In this document: piece after piece, positions 1 through 9,200 of the stretch
Layout: each line of letters begins with the position of its first letter
How positions within the stretch are numbered: the stretch's first letter is position 1
The notes under the pieces: model-generated
Seen by the model: only the letters and a program-made list of their open reading frames with translations
What the model was told of the DNA's origin: nothing
Databases searched by the model: none
Translations under genes and position numbers: made by a program
Source of the DNA: a virus
Lineage: Duplodnaviria; Caudoviricetes
DNA: 64,000 bases
Strand: one strand, 5' to 3'
Virus record (IMG/VR): IMGVR_UViG_3300006153_000012
Span: 1-64,000 of that record

Positions 1-108
1 TTTAAAAGATATGTTGATGATTTTTGTAGAATAAATAATTGCGAAGTTGAAGAGGCGTTAGAAAATGAGCAGGTAAAAAGAATGTTTTGGAGATATACAG
101 AGGTATAG
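1..108 (+). CDS. Partial hypothetical protein (C-terminus only)
   Basis: Frame 1 open from base 1 to TAG at 106-108 (FKRYVDDFCR...YTEV*). Confidence 0.6.
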   Translation, partial: FKRYVDDFCRINNCEVEEALENEQVKRMFWRYTEV

Positions 109-113
109 ATTAA

Positions 114-356
114 ATGAAAATTAGTATTAACACAATAGAAAAAGCCAAAGAATTTGTGTCTACATGTAGTAAATATCATGATGGAAACGTTCTTGTTAAG
201 CAGAATCAATATGTGGTAGACGGGAAAAGTATACTTGGAATTTTTAGTTTGAATTTAGTAGAACCTGTGAAAGTTATTATGGATTCTGAAAATGACAACT
301 CTAAAATCGGTTTCTACAATAATATTCAAAAATGGAAATCTAAAAATAATGATTAA
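114..356 (+). CDS. HPr-like phosphocarrier family protein
   Basis: VDGKSILGIFSL matches the HPr Ser46 motif; 80 aa. Confidence 0.75.
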   Translation: MKISINTIEKAKEFVSTCSKYHDGNVLVKQNQYVVDGKSILGIFSLNLVEPVKVIMDSENDNSKIGFYNNIQKWKSKNND

Positions 357-382
357 ATGCCTGTTTCATTGGGTAAAGAGAG

Positions 383-571
383 GTGATAAAAATTCAATTT
401 TTGATTAATGTTATTGGAATGGTCATTATAGATGTCGGAGCATTTGCATACATGGAAATTTATGATGAAAGTAAAATTTTTGCATTGATTATGTTGATGA
501 TTGGAAACGGCATTGGTGGATATTTATACAAATATAATAAAATCAGTGGAGGAAATAGTTATTGCAGATAA
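383..571 (+). CDS. Small membrane protein
   Basis: Two hydrophobic stretches, SD upstream, overlaps nrdD start. Confidence 0.55.
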   Translation: MIKIQFLINVIGMVIIDVGAFAYMEIYDESKIFALIMLMIGNGIGGYLYKYNKISGGNSYCR

Positions 572-2721
572 TTAAAAAAGATGGAACATTAGAACAGTAT
601 GATGAGCAAAAGATAATTAATGCCTGTAACAAAGCTGCAAGAAGAGCAATGGTTGAATTATCTGATTCCGACTATCAGATAATTTGTAATGCTGTATGGA
701 ATAAATTAGTAGAAAATGATTTAGAAGATACAGAAATTTACGAAATGCATAATATTGTTGAAGCAGTTTTAGAAGAATATTATCCTGTAGTTGCAAAGAT
801 GTATAAGGAATATAGAAATTATAAAAAAGACTTTGTACATATGATGGACAAGGTTTATGAGAGAAGTCAGGCAATTAGATATATAGGGGACAAAAATAAT
901 GCTAATACAGATTCTGCATTAGTTGCAACAAAGAGAAGCCTGATATTTGGAGAATTAAATGGAGAATTATACAAGAAATTCTTTTTAACTTTAAATGAGA
1001 AACAAGCAATGAAAGATGGATATATTTATATTCATGATAGGAGTTCTCGCTTGGATACTTTCAATTGCTGCCTTTTTAGGATTGGCAAAGTAATGAAAAA
1101 TGGCTTTGAGATGGCAAATGTATGGTATAACGAACCAAACTCACTTGATACGGCATTTGATGTTATGGGAGATATCATTCTTTCAACGGCAGCACAGCAG
1201 TATGGTGGATTTACAGTTCCAGAAGTAGATAAAATACTCTCACCATATGCAGAGAAATCATATTGGAAATATAGGAAAGAGTATGCAGAGGTATGCGGAT
1301 ATATTGAAAAAGATAATGAGACTAAGATTACTAATACTTCCAGTGCTGAAGAATGGGTTATGAAAAAGATACAGCGTGATTTTGAACAGGGATGGCAAGG
1401 AATTGAATATAAATTGAATACGGTTGGTTCAAGCCGAGGCGATTATCCTTTTGTTACGATGACTATTGGGTTAGCAACAGATAAATTTGGTAAGATGGCG
1501 GCTATTACATTGCTAAATGTACATAAAGAAGGTCAGGGAAAGAAAGGATTTAAGCGTCCTGTGCTGTTCCCTAAGATTGTGTTTTTGTATGATAAGAATC
1601 TGCATGGAGATGGTAGTGAAAAATATTCGAGTGCAGATGTATTTAATGCAGGAATAGCATGTAGCAGTAAAACAATGTATCCTGATTGGTTGTCATTGAC
1701 AGGAAATGGATATGTACCAGAAATGTATAAGAAATATGGTAGAGTAGTATCACCTATGGGCTGCCGGGCATTTTTATCGCCTTGGTATGAGAAGGGCAGT
1801 ATGTATCCAGCAGACGATAATGATAAGCCAATATTTGAAGGAAGATGTAATTTAGGGGTTATTTCACTTCATTTACCTATGATATTGGCAAAAGCAAGAC
1901 AGGAATCAAAAGATTTTTATGAAGTTTTAGAATATTATCTTGAACTTATCAGAGGGTTACACAAGCGTACTTATGATTATATTGGAGAACTTAGAGCAAG
2001 TGTAAATCCAGTGGCTTTTTGTGAAGGTGGTTTGTATGGTGGACATTTAAAGTCAGAAGATAAAATTAAATCAATACTTCCACCGATGACTATGAGTTAT
2101 GGAATCACAGCACTGAATGAATTACAGAGATTATATAATGGTAAATCTATCCGTGAAGATGGCGAGTTTGCATTAGAAGTAATGCGATTCATTCAACAAT
2201 ATATAGACAGAATTAAAGAAGAAGATAAGATTTTATATGCAATCTACGGCACACCAGCAGAAAGCCTTTGCGGATTACAGATTGAACAATTCCGTAAAAT
2301 ATATGGAATTATTGAAAATGTATCAGACAAGCCATATGTAAGCAATAGTTTTCACTGTCATGTATCTGAGCAAATGTCTCCCATTGAAAAACAGGATAAG
2401 GAAGAAAGATTTTGGGAGTATTTCAATGGAGGAAAGATTCAGTATTGCCGTTACAATCTAGGATATAACATAGAAGCGATTAAGACTTTGGTTCTTAGAG
2501 CGATGGAGAAAGGTTTCTATGAGGGGGTGAATCTTGCAATGTGTTATTGTGAAGATTGCGGTCATCAGCAAGTAGAAATGGATGTCTGTCCTAAATGTGG
2601 AAGTGAGAAAATAACTAAGATTGACAGGATGAATGGCTATTTAGGGTTCACAAGAGTACATGGAGAAACGAGATATAATCCTAGCAAAGTGGCAGAAATC
2701 ACAGATAGGGTGTCGATGTGA
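562..2721 (+). CDS. nrdD: Anaerobic (class III) ribonucleoside-triphosphate reductase
   Basis: N-terminal ATP cone, PMGCR and GRCNLG cysteine motifs, CxxC...CxxC zinc site, RMNGY glycyl-radical motif. Confidence 0.95.
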   Translation: MQIIKKDGTLEQYDEQKIINACNKAARRAMVELSDSDYQIICNAVWNKLVENDLEDTEIYEMHNIVEAVLEEYYPVVAKMYKEYRNYKKDFVHMMDKVYERSQAIRYIGDKNNANTDSALVATKRSLIFGELNGELYKKFFLTLNEKQAMKDGYIYIHDRSSRLDTFNCCLFRIGKVMKNGFEMANVWYNEPNSLDTAFDVMGDIILSTAAQQYGGFTVPEVDKILSPYAEKSYWKYRKEYAEVCGYIEKDNETKITNTSSAEEWVMKKIQRDFEQGWQGIEYKLNTVGSSRGDYPFVTMTIGLATDKFGKMAAITLLNVHKEGQGKKGFKRPVLFPKIVFLYDKNLHGDGSEKYSSADVFNAGIACSSKTMYPDWLSLTGNGYVPEMYKKYGRVVSPMGCRAFLSPWYEKGSMYPADDNDKPIFEGRCNLGVISLHLPMILAKARQESKDFYEVLEYYLELIRGLHKRTYDYIGELRASVNPVAFCEGGLYGGHLKSEDKIKSILPPMTMSYGITALNELQRLYNGKSIREDGEFALEVMRFIQQYIDRIKEEDKILYAIYGTPAESLCGLQIEQFRKIYGIIENVSDKPYVSNSFHCHVSEQMSPIEKQDKEERFWEYFNGGKIQYCRYNLGYNIEAIKTLVLRAMEKGFYEGVNLAMCYCEDCGHQQVEMDVCPKCGSEKITKIDRMNGYLGFTRVHGETRYNPSKVAEITDRVSM

Positions 2722-3809
2722 GATATTTAGTATATTGTTATACAAACAAAATTAACAATAAAAAGTATATTGGTACAACTTCTCGTTCGATTGATGAACG
2801 AGAAGCAAGCCATATATACGAATCAAGAAATAAATCAAATAAATGCTATAATGCTCCATTTAAAAGGGCAATAAGAAAATATGGTATTAATGGTTTTACA
2901 AGAGAAATTCTTAATGTTGTAGATTCATTAGAAGAAGCATGTGAATTAGAGAAGTTTTATATTAAAGAATATAAGACATACTATAAATATAAAAATTCAA
3001 ATGGGTATAATGCAACTTTAGGCGGAGAATTGTTACAAATGCCAAGAGATAGAGTAGTACAAATTGATTCAAATACATTAGAAATATTAAAGATTTGGGA
3101 TAGCGTTGCATTAGCAGAAAAAGAACTAAATATTAGCATATATGATGCTGTTAATAATTATTCAAGAATGTCGAATAACTCTCATTGGATATATGAAAAT
3201 AATTTTGATGTTAATACATATAAAGAAAATATTATGCTAAGTAGAAATTATGTTTGTCAAATTTCAATAGAGAGAAAATTAATACATATATGGAAAAATG
3301 CAAAACAAGCATCGGATAATTTAGGATTGTCTCAAGGAAATATTTCTATGTGTTGTATTGGATTAAGAGAGACTACAAATAACAATTATTGGTGTTATTA
3401 CAGAGATTATATAAGTGATAATTTCCCGATTAAAGAAAAAGACACAAATAAAAAGAGGGTTATTCAATTTAATGATGAAGGAGAAATACTTAAAATTTGG
3501 GATTCGATGACTGAAGCAAGTAATTCTCTTAAAATACAATTAGGAGATATATCTGAATCTTGTAATGATCATAAACACGCAGGTGGTTACCTATGGAGAC
3601 TATATGATGATTATAAAGGAGAAGAAGTTAGTTATACAAATAGAAAGCAAACAAGGGTTGAAAAACTTGATAACGATAAGAAGGGTATTTGTATATATGA
3701 AAGCATTGGAGATGCAGCCAGAGACGTTGGAGTAAAATATCCTGGTATATGTAGGGCAATCAAAAATAATTGTAAATCTGGTGGTTTTTACTGGAGAAAG
3801 GTGGTGTAA
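2718..3809 (+). CDS. Free-standing GIY-YIG homing endonuclease with NUMOD1-like repeats
   Basis: LVY...KKYIG motif and YNAT-GG at the N-terminus; repeated V-Q...IW-S...A..L modules; sits between nrdD and nrdG. Confidence 0.85.
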   Translation: MRYLVYCYTNKINNKKYIGTTSRSIDEREASHIYESRNKSNKCYNAPFKRAIRKYGINGFTREILNVVDSLEEACELEKFYIKEYKTYYKYKNSNGYNATLGGELLQMPRDRVVQIDSNTLEILKIWDSVALAEKELNISIYDAVNNYSRMSNNSHWIYENNFDVNTYKENIMLSRNYVCQISIERKLIHIWKNAKQASDNLGLSQGNISMCCIGLRETTNNNYWCYYRDYISDNFPIKEKDTNKKRVIQFNDEGEILKIWDSMTEASNSLKIQLGDISESCNDHKHAGGYLWRLYDDYKGEEVSYTNRKQTRVEKLDNDKKGICIYESIGDAARDVGVKYPGICRAIKNNCKSGGFYWRKVV

Positions 3810-3811
3810 AT

Positions 3812-4387
3812 ATCAATTATCATAATATTACTTATCCAGATATGAATAACGGAAGTGGTTTGAGAGTCGTGTTATGGCTCTCAGGCTGTTCTCACAGATG
3901 CAAGGGATGCCAAAATCCTCAAACGTGGGACGCTAATAGTGGTATCCTATTTGACGAATCAGCAAAAGAAGAATTGTTTAGGGAACTCGATAATGATTAT
4001 ATTTCGGGTCTGACACTGACGGGAGGTGATCCGCTTTTTGAGAGTAATCTTGATGGTGTTTTAGATTTAGTCACTGAAATAAATAAACGGTACAATATAT
4101 CACAGGACACCCACGAAATCCGTCTTTCAATTCCTCGGAAATCTATATGGTTATATACAGGATTTATATGGGAAGAAATAAGAAATGGTAATATGGAAGA
4201 TGGCTTAAAATATGGTGAATGGACTAAAAGAGCAAAAATTATTACAGAATGTGATGTTCTCGTAGATGGCAAATACATAGATTCCCAACGTGATCTGACC
4301 CTTCAATATAGAGGCAGTAAAAATCAAAGACTCATCGACATTCAGCAATCATTACAAAAAGGTAAAATAGTATTATGGCAAACATGA
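3812..4387 (+). CDS. nrdG: Anaerobic RNR activating protein (radical SAM); probable ATC start
   Basis: CSHRCKGC CxxxCxxC motif, LTGGDP; frame extends upstream of ATG 3842 as (I)NYHNITYPDMNNG after SD GGTGGTG. Confidence 0.9.
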   Translation: MNYHNITYPDMNNGSGLRVVLWLSGCSHRCKGCQNPQTWDANSGILFDESAKEELFRELDNDYISGLTLTGGDPLFESNLDGVLDLVTEINKRYNISQDTHEIRLSIPRKSIWLYTGFIWEEIRNGNMEDGLKYGEWTKRAKIITECDVLVDGKYIDSQRDLTLQYRGSKNQRLIDIQQSLQKGKIVLWQT

Positions 4388-4557
4388 TTTTAACGAGTGA
4401 ATGTGAAAAATGTTCTCAAGCAATAATTAACGATGAAGATAAGGCAAGAGTAAAGGTGTACTGTAGTGTGAAAGATAAAACATATTATTGGGGTCAATGC
4501 ATCCCATGTGATTACAAAAACTCAACCAGTAAGATTGCTAATAATGAACTGGTATGA
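4375..4557 (+). CDS. Small cysteine-containing hypothetical protein
   Basis: 60-aa ORF, CxxC, translationally coupled. Confidence 0.55.
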   Translation: MANMILTSECEKCSQAIINDEDKARVKVYCSVKDKTYYWGQCIPCDYKNSTSKIANNELV

Positions 4558-4572
4558 TTTGGGGGTGATTAA

Positions 4573-4914
4573 TTGCAAGGTAAATTTTATAAGAAAAATG
4601 TATCTAAAGAATGGCTTATAGCAAACGGATTTAGGTATAACAGAAATTTAAGTGATGATGAGACACATATTTATACATATAGATTTCCTGTATTCAAATA
4701 TGAAAGAATGACCGTCTTAGAATGTGAATTAAGTATTTCAATAGGAAATGATGAAGTGAAAATTAACGTATATACATATGGCACAAATGATAAATATGCT
4801 GCATTTTACTATTGCGAATATGGTAACTACGATAAAATGCTAAAAAATATATGGAACCAAATTGAACATATGTTAAATAAATTGCAGATTAAAAGGAAGA
4901 TAAATAATGAGTAA
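4573..4914 (+). CDS. Hypothetical protein
   Basis: SD GGGGGTG plus TTG start, 113 aa. Confidence 0.65.
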   Translation: MQGKFYKKNVSKEWLIANGFRYNRNLSDDETHIYTYRFPVFKYERMTVLECELSISIGNDEVKINVYTYGTNDKYAAFYYCEYGNYDKMLKNIWNQIEHMLNKLQIKRKINNE

Positions 4915-5344
4915 AACAATTAAAGTCAAATATTTTACGGATAAAATTGAAAAGCTGGCTTACATAGACGGCAAGTCAGACTGGATTGATCTTCGCGCAG
5001 CGGAAGATGTGGATCTGAAAAAAGGTGAATTCAGACTGATTCCGCTGGGGGTCGCCATGGAACTGCCTGCAGGTTATGAAGCGCATGTGGTTCCCAGAAG
5101 TTCTACTTTTAAGAATTTTGGCACTATTCAGACCAACCATCAGGGCGTTATTGACTGTTCCTACTGCGGGGACAATGATCAATGGTTTATGCCAGTATAT
5201 GCCGTGCGAGATACACAGATCCGGGTGAATGACAGGATCTGCCAGTTCCGCATTATGGAGAACCAGCCGAAGCTTGTTTTTGAAGAGGTAATTAAGTTAA
5301 AAAGCAATGATAGAGGCGGTTTTGGAAGTACAGGGAAACAATAA
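4907..5344 (+). CDS. dut: Trimeric dUTPase
   Basis: IDLRA, PRSS, GVIDxxY and RGGFGSTG motifs. Confidence 0.95.
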   Translation: MSKTIKVKYFTDKIEKLAYIDGKSDWIDLRAAEDVDLKKGEFRLIPLGVAMELPAGYEAHVVPRSSTFKNFGTIQTNHQGVIDCSYCGDNDQWFMPVYAVRDTQIRVNDRICQFRIMENQPKLVFEEVIKLKSNDRGGFGSTGKQ

Positions 5345-5363
5345 AAAAACAAAGGGTGATTAC

Positions 5364-5549
5364 TTGGAACAATTATTGACAGTAAAGGAAGTTGCCGATA
5401 TACTCAGATTAGGGAAAACAAATACATATAAACTATTAAAAAGAAAAGACTTTCCCACAATTACAATCGGCAAAAAAATTTTGGTACGTGAAAATGATTT
5501 AAATGAATATATTAAAAAATATGTTGGTAATAAAATAAATATATTCTAG
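5364..5549 (+). CDS. xis: Excisionase (MerR-like HTH)
   Basis: LLTVKEVADILRLGKTNTYKL...FPTITIGKKILV; TTG start after GGGTGA; next to attP and integrase. Confidence 0.8.
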   Translation: MEQLLTVKEVADILRLGKTNTYKLLKRKDFPTITIGKKILVRENDLNEYIKKYVGNKINIF

Positions 5550-5631
5550 TTGTGGTAGTAATTGTGGTAGTAAATGCTTATTAAGCATGAGGAATGCACT
5601 ATCTACAAGGGATTGACAGGGAATGATAATT

Positions 5632-5676
5632 ACTTTAGGGAAGTAGAGGCCGCAAGTTCAAGTCTTGTCACTCCGA
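5632..5676 (+). other. 3' half of a tRNA-Pro (att core)
   Basis: TACT-TTAGGGA-AGTA anticodon arm, GCAAG-TTCAAGT-CTTGT T-arm, acceptor strand CACTCCG-A; no 5' half. Confidence 0.8.
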
Positions 5677-5680
5677 TATC

Positions 5681-5733
5681 AGAAAGTCTTCAAAAACACT
5701 GTAAATACGGTGCTTTGGAGACTTTCTTTTTTT
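5681..5733 (+). terminator. Intrinsic terminator following the tRNA fragment
   Basis: AGAAAGTCT...AGACTTTCT inverted repeat followed by a T-run. Confidence 0.7.
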
Positions 5734-5858
5734 ACTAAATAACTTGCTATTTATCATCCTGTGCTAAAATATATTATCTTTTATCATCCTAATTGTGGTA
5801 GTAATTGTGGTAGTAACCAAGAGTATTAAAATAGAAATACATATCTTGGAAGTGTACA

Positions 5859-5870
5859 AAACATCTGTTC
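5859..5870. promoter_or_regulatory. LexA (SOS)-like box upstream of integrase
   Basis: AAACATCTGTTC, one mismatch to Firmicute GAAC-N4-GTTC, beside a TATAAT -10. Confidence 0.5.
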
Positions 5871-5899
5871 TGTGATATAATTTAAAAAGGAGGTTATCT

Positions 5900-7051
5900 A
5901 TGGCAAAAAAAAGAAAAAATGGAGAGGGAACATGGGGTACAAAGATAATCAAAGGTGAGACTTTTAAATTCTATCGAGATACAGATGGCAAATACACATA
6001 TGGTAAAACAGATGCAGCCATTAAAAAGAAATTGTTAGAAAAATCTCATGTTCAGGAAATAGCAAAGCAGGAAATAACATTTGGAGAGTATATTTTAGAA
6101 TGGTTAAAAAAACTTAAAACAAGTGTAGAACAGACAACATATAATTCTTATGAAGATGCAATTACCACCAGATTAATTAATTATAAGAAATATGATTTAT
6201 CAAATGTTTTATTATGTGAACTTACAGATACGATGTTTCAAAACTATTTGGATGCATTAGCGCAGGACTACTCTCTAAACAGTATTAAGAAAACATGGTC
6301 TTTAATAAAAAAATGTGTTTTATATGGAGAAATCAGAAAAGACATACCTGCGCTTCATTTAAAGGAACTAATAAAAGTACCTTCAGAATCAAATGTTGCC
6401 CATAAAAGAAAAGAGATAAGTGTACCAACAGTTGAAGAAGTTGAATTTATATACAAAGAGTGTAAACACTTGGATAGTAATGATAATATGTGGTATGGTA
6501 ATGCGGCATATGTTATTATACTTATAATGTATACAGGAATGAGAATATCTGAAGCCCTTGCTTTAAAATGGTCTAATATAAATATAAAAGACAATATATA
6601 TACTATTGATATAAATTCTTCTCTTGCTAAAATACGTTCTATAGATAAAAATGGTAATAACATATATACTCATTCTATCAAGGCGACAAAATCATCAAAA
6701 AGTAAACGCAGCATTCCGCTTCCGGACAGGGCGATAGAAGCTATTTGCTTTTTCGAGAAATTTAAGAAAAATAATGATGATTTCGTCTGCGTAACAAGTA
6801 ATCATACACATTATCAAAGAAGAAATGTAGAAAGAACATTAGAGAGAATCATAAAAAATTCTGATTGTCGAGACAAAAATTATACTTTACATTCTCTAAG
6901 ACATGGATATGGATCAATTTTATTGTCAAAAGGTGTTGATATAAAAATTGTATCAGAATTACTCGGACACGAAGATATTTCATTCACATATAATGTTTAT
7001 ATTAAAGCATTCGAGCAAGATAAAAATAATGCTGTAATGAAATTGAACTAA
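5900..7051 (+). CDS. int: Tyrosine integrase
   Basis: YTGMRISE, HSLRH, LLGH and TYNVY catalytic motifs; SD AGGAGG. Confidence 0.95.
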   Translation: MAKKRKNGEGTWGTKIIKGETFKFYRDTDGKYTYGKTDAAIKKKLLEKSHVQEIAKQEITFGEYILEWLKKLKTSVEQTTYNSYEDAITTRLINYKKYDLSNVLLCELTDTMFQNYLDALAQDYSLNSIKKTWSLIKKCVLYGEIRKDIPALHLKELIKVPSESNVAHKRKEISVPTVEEVEFIYKECKHLDSNDNMWYGNAAYVIILIMYTGMRISEALALKWSNINIKDNIYTIDINSSLAKIRSIDKNGNNIYTHSIKATKSSKSKRSIPLPDRAIEAICFFEKFKKNNDDFVCVTSNHTHYQRRNVERTLERIIKNSDCRDKNYTLHSLRHGYGSILLSKGVDIKIVSELLGHEDISFTYNVYIKAFEQDKNNAVMKLN

Positions 7052-7280
7052 TAAATTGTGCAGGAAACTTATAAAATGAAACCTACAATTCTACGCATTG
7101 AAAACAAAATAGTAAATTGTCAGCTTTTATGGTACAATTATTGACATTGCTCAGAGAGGGTTTACAGATGACATTCAGGATAGTGATACAATAGAATTCG
7201 ATATGTTGAATCATAAATATGAATAAAATGACCAACTTGTCCGTATACTCTAATAGATTACATGATTTTGTGGGCAAAAT

Positions 7281-7520
7281 ATGGCAAGAGGGCAGAGACG
7301 GTCTATTGAAGAAAAGATTCAGCAGAAGCAGGATGTCATAGATGCATTAGAAACACGTATTGATCATGAAAGGAAAGCACTGGAAGCTTTAATAAGCGAA
7401 CAAAAGCAAAAAGAGGTAGAAATACTCAATGAGTTCATTAAAGCGTCTAATTTGGGCGTATACAAAGCGACAGAGGTATTGAAACAGTATGTGGTGGATC
7501 ATGAAGAGGTTTTAGCGTAA
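7281..7520 (+). CDS. Small coiled-coil protein
   Basis: 79 aa, heptad-rich, own upstream region and downstream terminator. Confidence 0.65.
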   Translation: MARGQRRSIEEKIQQKQDVIDALETRIDHERKALEALISEQKQKEVEILNEFIKASNLGVYKATEVLKQYVVDHEEVLA

Positions 7521-7523
7521 AAA

Positions 7524-7562
7524 ATAGGGACAGAAGAGGTTCATTTCCTCAACTGTCCCTAT
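7524..7562. terminator. Bidirectional terminator between convergent genes
   Basis: ATAGGGACAG...CTGTCCCTAT stem. Confidence 0.7.
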
Positions 7563-7567
7563 AAATA

Positions 7568-8464
7568 TTATACTTTGTACAATGATATTAAGACTGAGTT
7601 ACCGGTGCCGCTTGTTACGACATGAAGCTTGCCAGTGCTTGGAACATATAATGCACAGTTTGTATGCCGCAGATAGTCCGATGCGTCTAAGTTAACCTTC
7701 TCAAGAGTATTGTTGTTTTTGACATAAATATAGTCATAAGCGTCAAAAGAGGGGGCATATTTGCCGCTGCCCTTAAAAGAATTTATGTTCACGTTATTGT
7801 CCATGGAATCAATATTCCTCTGTATTTTCTTGTTCAATAATAGACCCACCCGATATCCAAGGGTCTGTCCGGCTTGATATGTGTCAATGGTGCATATGAT
7901 GTTTTCGCCAAAGACAAAATTCCTATAATCGGGAAGGAAGCTCAGATCATATATTGACATATTGCCATAGACTGCCCCTTCTTCATGCCAATCTCCGGTT
8001 GATGGATCCTGAACTAGTTGCCCGCTGATTGTGATTTCCTTTTTTGTCTGATATAGTAAGTCAGAGACAATCAGTTCTTCACTTCCTAGCCCGCTACCCA
8101 ATTTTTTTGGCACTGAATCAGCACCTACCACCCATTTTCCGTTAGAATCCTCATAAAAGCTAAGTCCGCCTAATCTGCTGTTGATTGATGCAATGGCTGC
8201 TGACAGGTTGTCAATAAGCCCCTTCAGGCTGTCCCTTATGGACTTGACTAAAGTGACATCAGCTGCGTATCCGGCTCCGCTGTCAATGTTTGTGGTAGTC
8301 CCTCTCAGGCCGGATATTTTGCTTTCAAGGGTAGTCCCGTCATCGAACCAGACATCGCTGGAGTGCGTCCAGAAGGAATACTTGTTCCAAATCTTCTGGG
8401 TTCCGTTTTTTCCGATGCACACCCTGTGGTTCCTATGTAAATATACTGTTTCATTGATTGGCAT
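7568..8464 (-). CDS. Tail fibre / receptor-binding-like protein
   Basis: Last gene of the tail module; coiled-coil neck then GADSVPKKLG linker and beta-rich C-terminus; start MPINET after AAGGAG. Confidence 0.55.
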   Translation of the reverse strand: MPINETVYLHRNHRVCIGKNGTQKIWNKYSFWTHSSDVWFDDGTTLESKISGLRGTTTNIDSGAGYAADVTLVKSIRDSLKGLIDNLSAAIASINSRLGGLSFYEDSNGKWVVGADSVPKKLGSGLGSEELIVSDLLYQTKKEITISGQLVQDPSTGDWHEEGAVYGNMSIYDLSFLPDYRNFVFGENIICTIDTYQAGQTLGYRVGLLLNKKIQRNIDSMDNNVNINSFKGSGKYAPSFDAYDYIYVKNNNTLEKVNLDASDYLRHTNCALYVPSTGKLHVVTSGTGNSVLISLYKV

Positions 8465-8484
8465 TTTTATGTCTCCTTCCTTTT

Positions 8485-8790
8485 TTAAAACCAAATTTCG
8501 CCTATATCTATGTCAGGCTCTGTGTCAGAAACGTGATATGGGTTATATTTTTCCTTCGCAAGAACATAGTCCTGCAAGTGCTTTGTCTTCACCTCAATAT
8601 AGTTCAGAATCCCTGCCGTGTATGAATGGATAGGTCTATGCGCTAACAGGGTAGCGGCATCGGAGTATTTCCCCTGTTTCAATAACTCGTTATACTTGTC
8701 TTGATATGATTTTGTGTTTAAGTCCACATCACAGAAGAATGTTCGTTTGTCTATCCCGTTAGGGAAAATGGAAGTATATGGGTAAACCAA
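8485..8790 (-). CDS. Small tail-associated protein (paralog of 8792-9151)
   Basis: TTG start after GGGGGG; shares FP...D...G....A..L and C-terminal EP...G..W pattern with its neighbour. Confidence 0.6.
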   Translation of the reverse strand: MVYPYTSIFPNGIDKRTFFCDVDLNTKSYQDKYNELLKQGKYSDAATLLAHRPIHSYTAGILNYIEVKTKHLQDYVLAKEKYNPYHVSDTEPDIDIGEIWF

Positions 8791-8791
8791 T

Positions 8792-9151
8792 TCATAGCCC
8801 CCCTTCCCACAAGTCGCCCACTGCGCAGTATTCCGGCTCAGTCTCGTCATAATAGACACACTGATGTTTCTGTAACACCATCACTTGGGCATTCCTTATT
8901 TCTTCCTCAATCGTGTTGATTATTGACGCGTCTATTGTATAATGTGCCAATAGATTAGCATTCTCTGCTATCAGCTTGCTTGCTATATCAAAGTTCCCTT
9001 GGATCTTATGGTTATTTATTGCGTTGATGAGGGACGCAACGGAATTGTCTGCGTCCCTGAAATGATGCTGCGTGATTACCTGATGAGGAAACCTGCTGTA
9101 TTCCTGCGTGTATGACGAGGAATTCTGTGCTATGAAATCACTGTTCTTCAT
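8792..9151 (-). CDS. Small tail-associated protein
   Basis: 119-aa ORF within the tail operon. Confidence 0.65.
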   Translation of the reverse strand: MKNSDFIAQNSSSYTQEYSRFPHQVITQHHFRDADNSVASLINAINNHKIQGNFDIASKLIAENANLLAHYTIDASIINTIEEEIRNAQVMVLQKHQCVYYDETEPEYCAVGDLWEGGL

Positions 9152-9200
9152 TTAGTTCCTTTCTTTGATTGTAAGTATTTTCTGTTATCTAAAAACTTCA

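Larger units (their letters stand above)
5550..5816. other. attP region: arm-type repeats flanking a tRNA-derived core
   Basis: TTGTGGTAGTAA at 5550, 5562, 5793 and 5805 (two tandem pairs) around a tRNA 3' half, between xis and int. Confidence 0.85.

Noticed and set aside
562-2721. Intein or intron in nrdD or terL
   Set aside because: Motifs are contiguous and lengths ordinary; no intein splice motifs or frame breaks.
5632-5676. Complete tRNA gene, or prophage boundary (attL/attR)
   Set aside because: The 5' half is missing, and phage genes and arm repeats lie on both sides.
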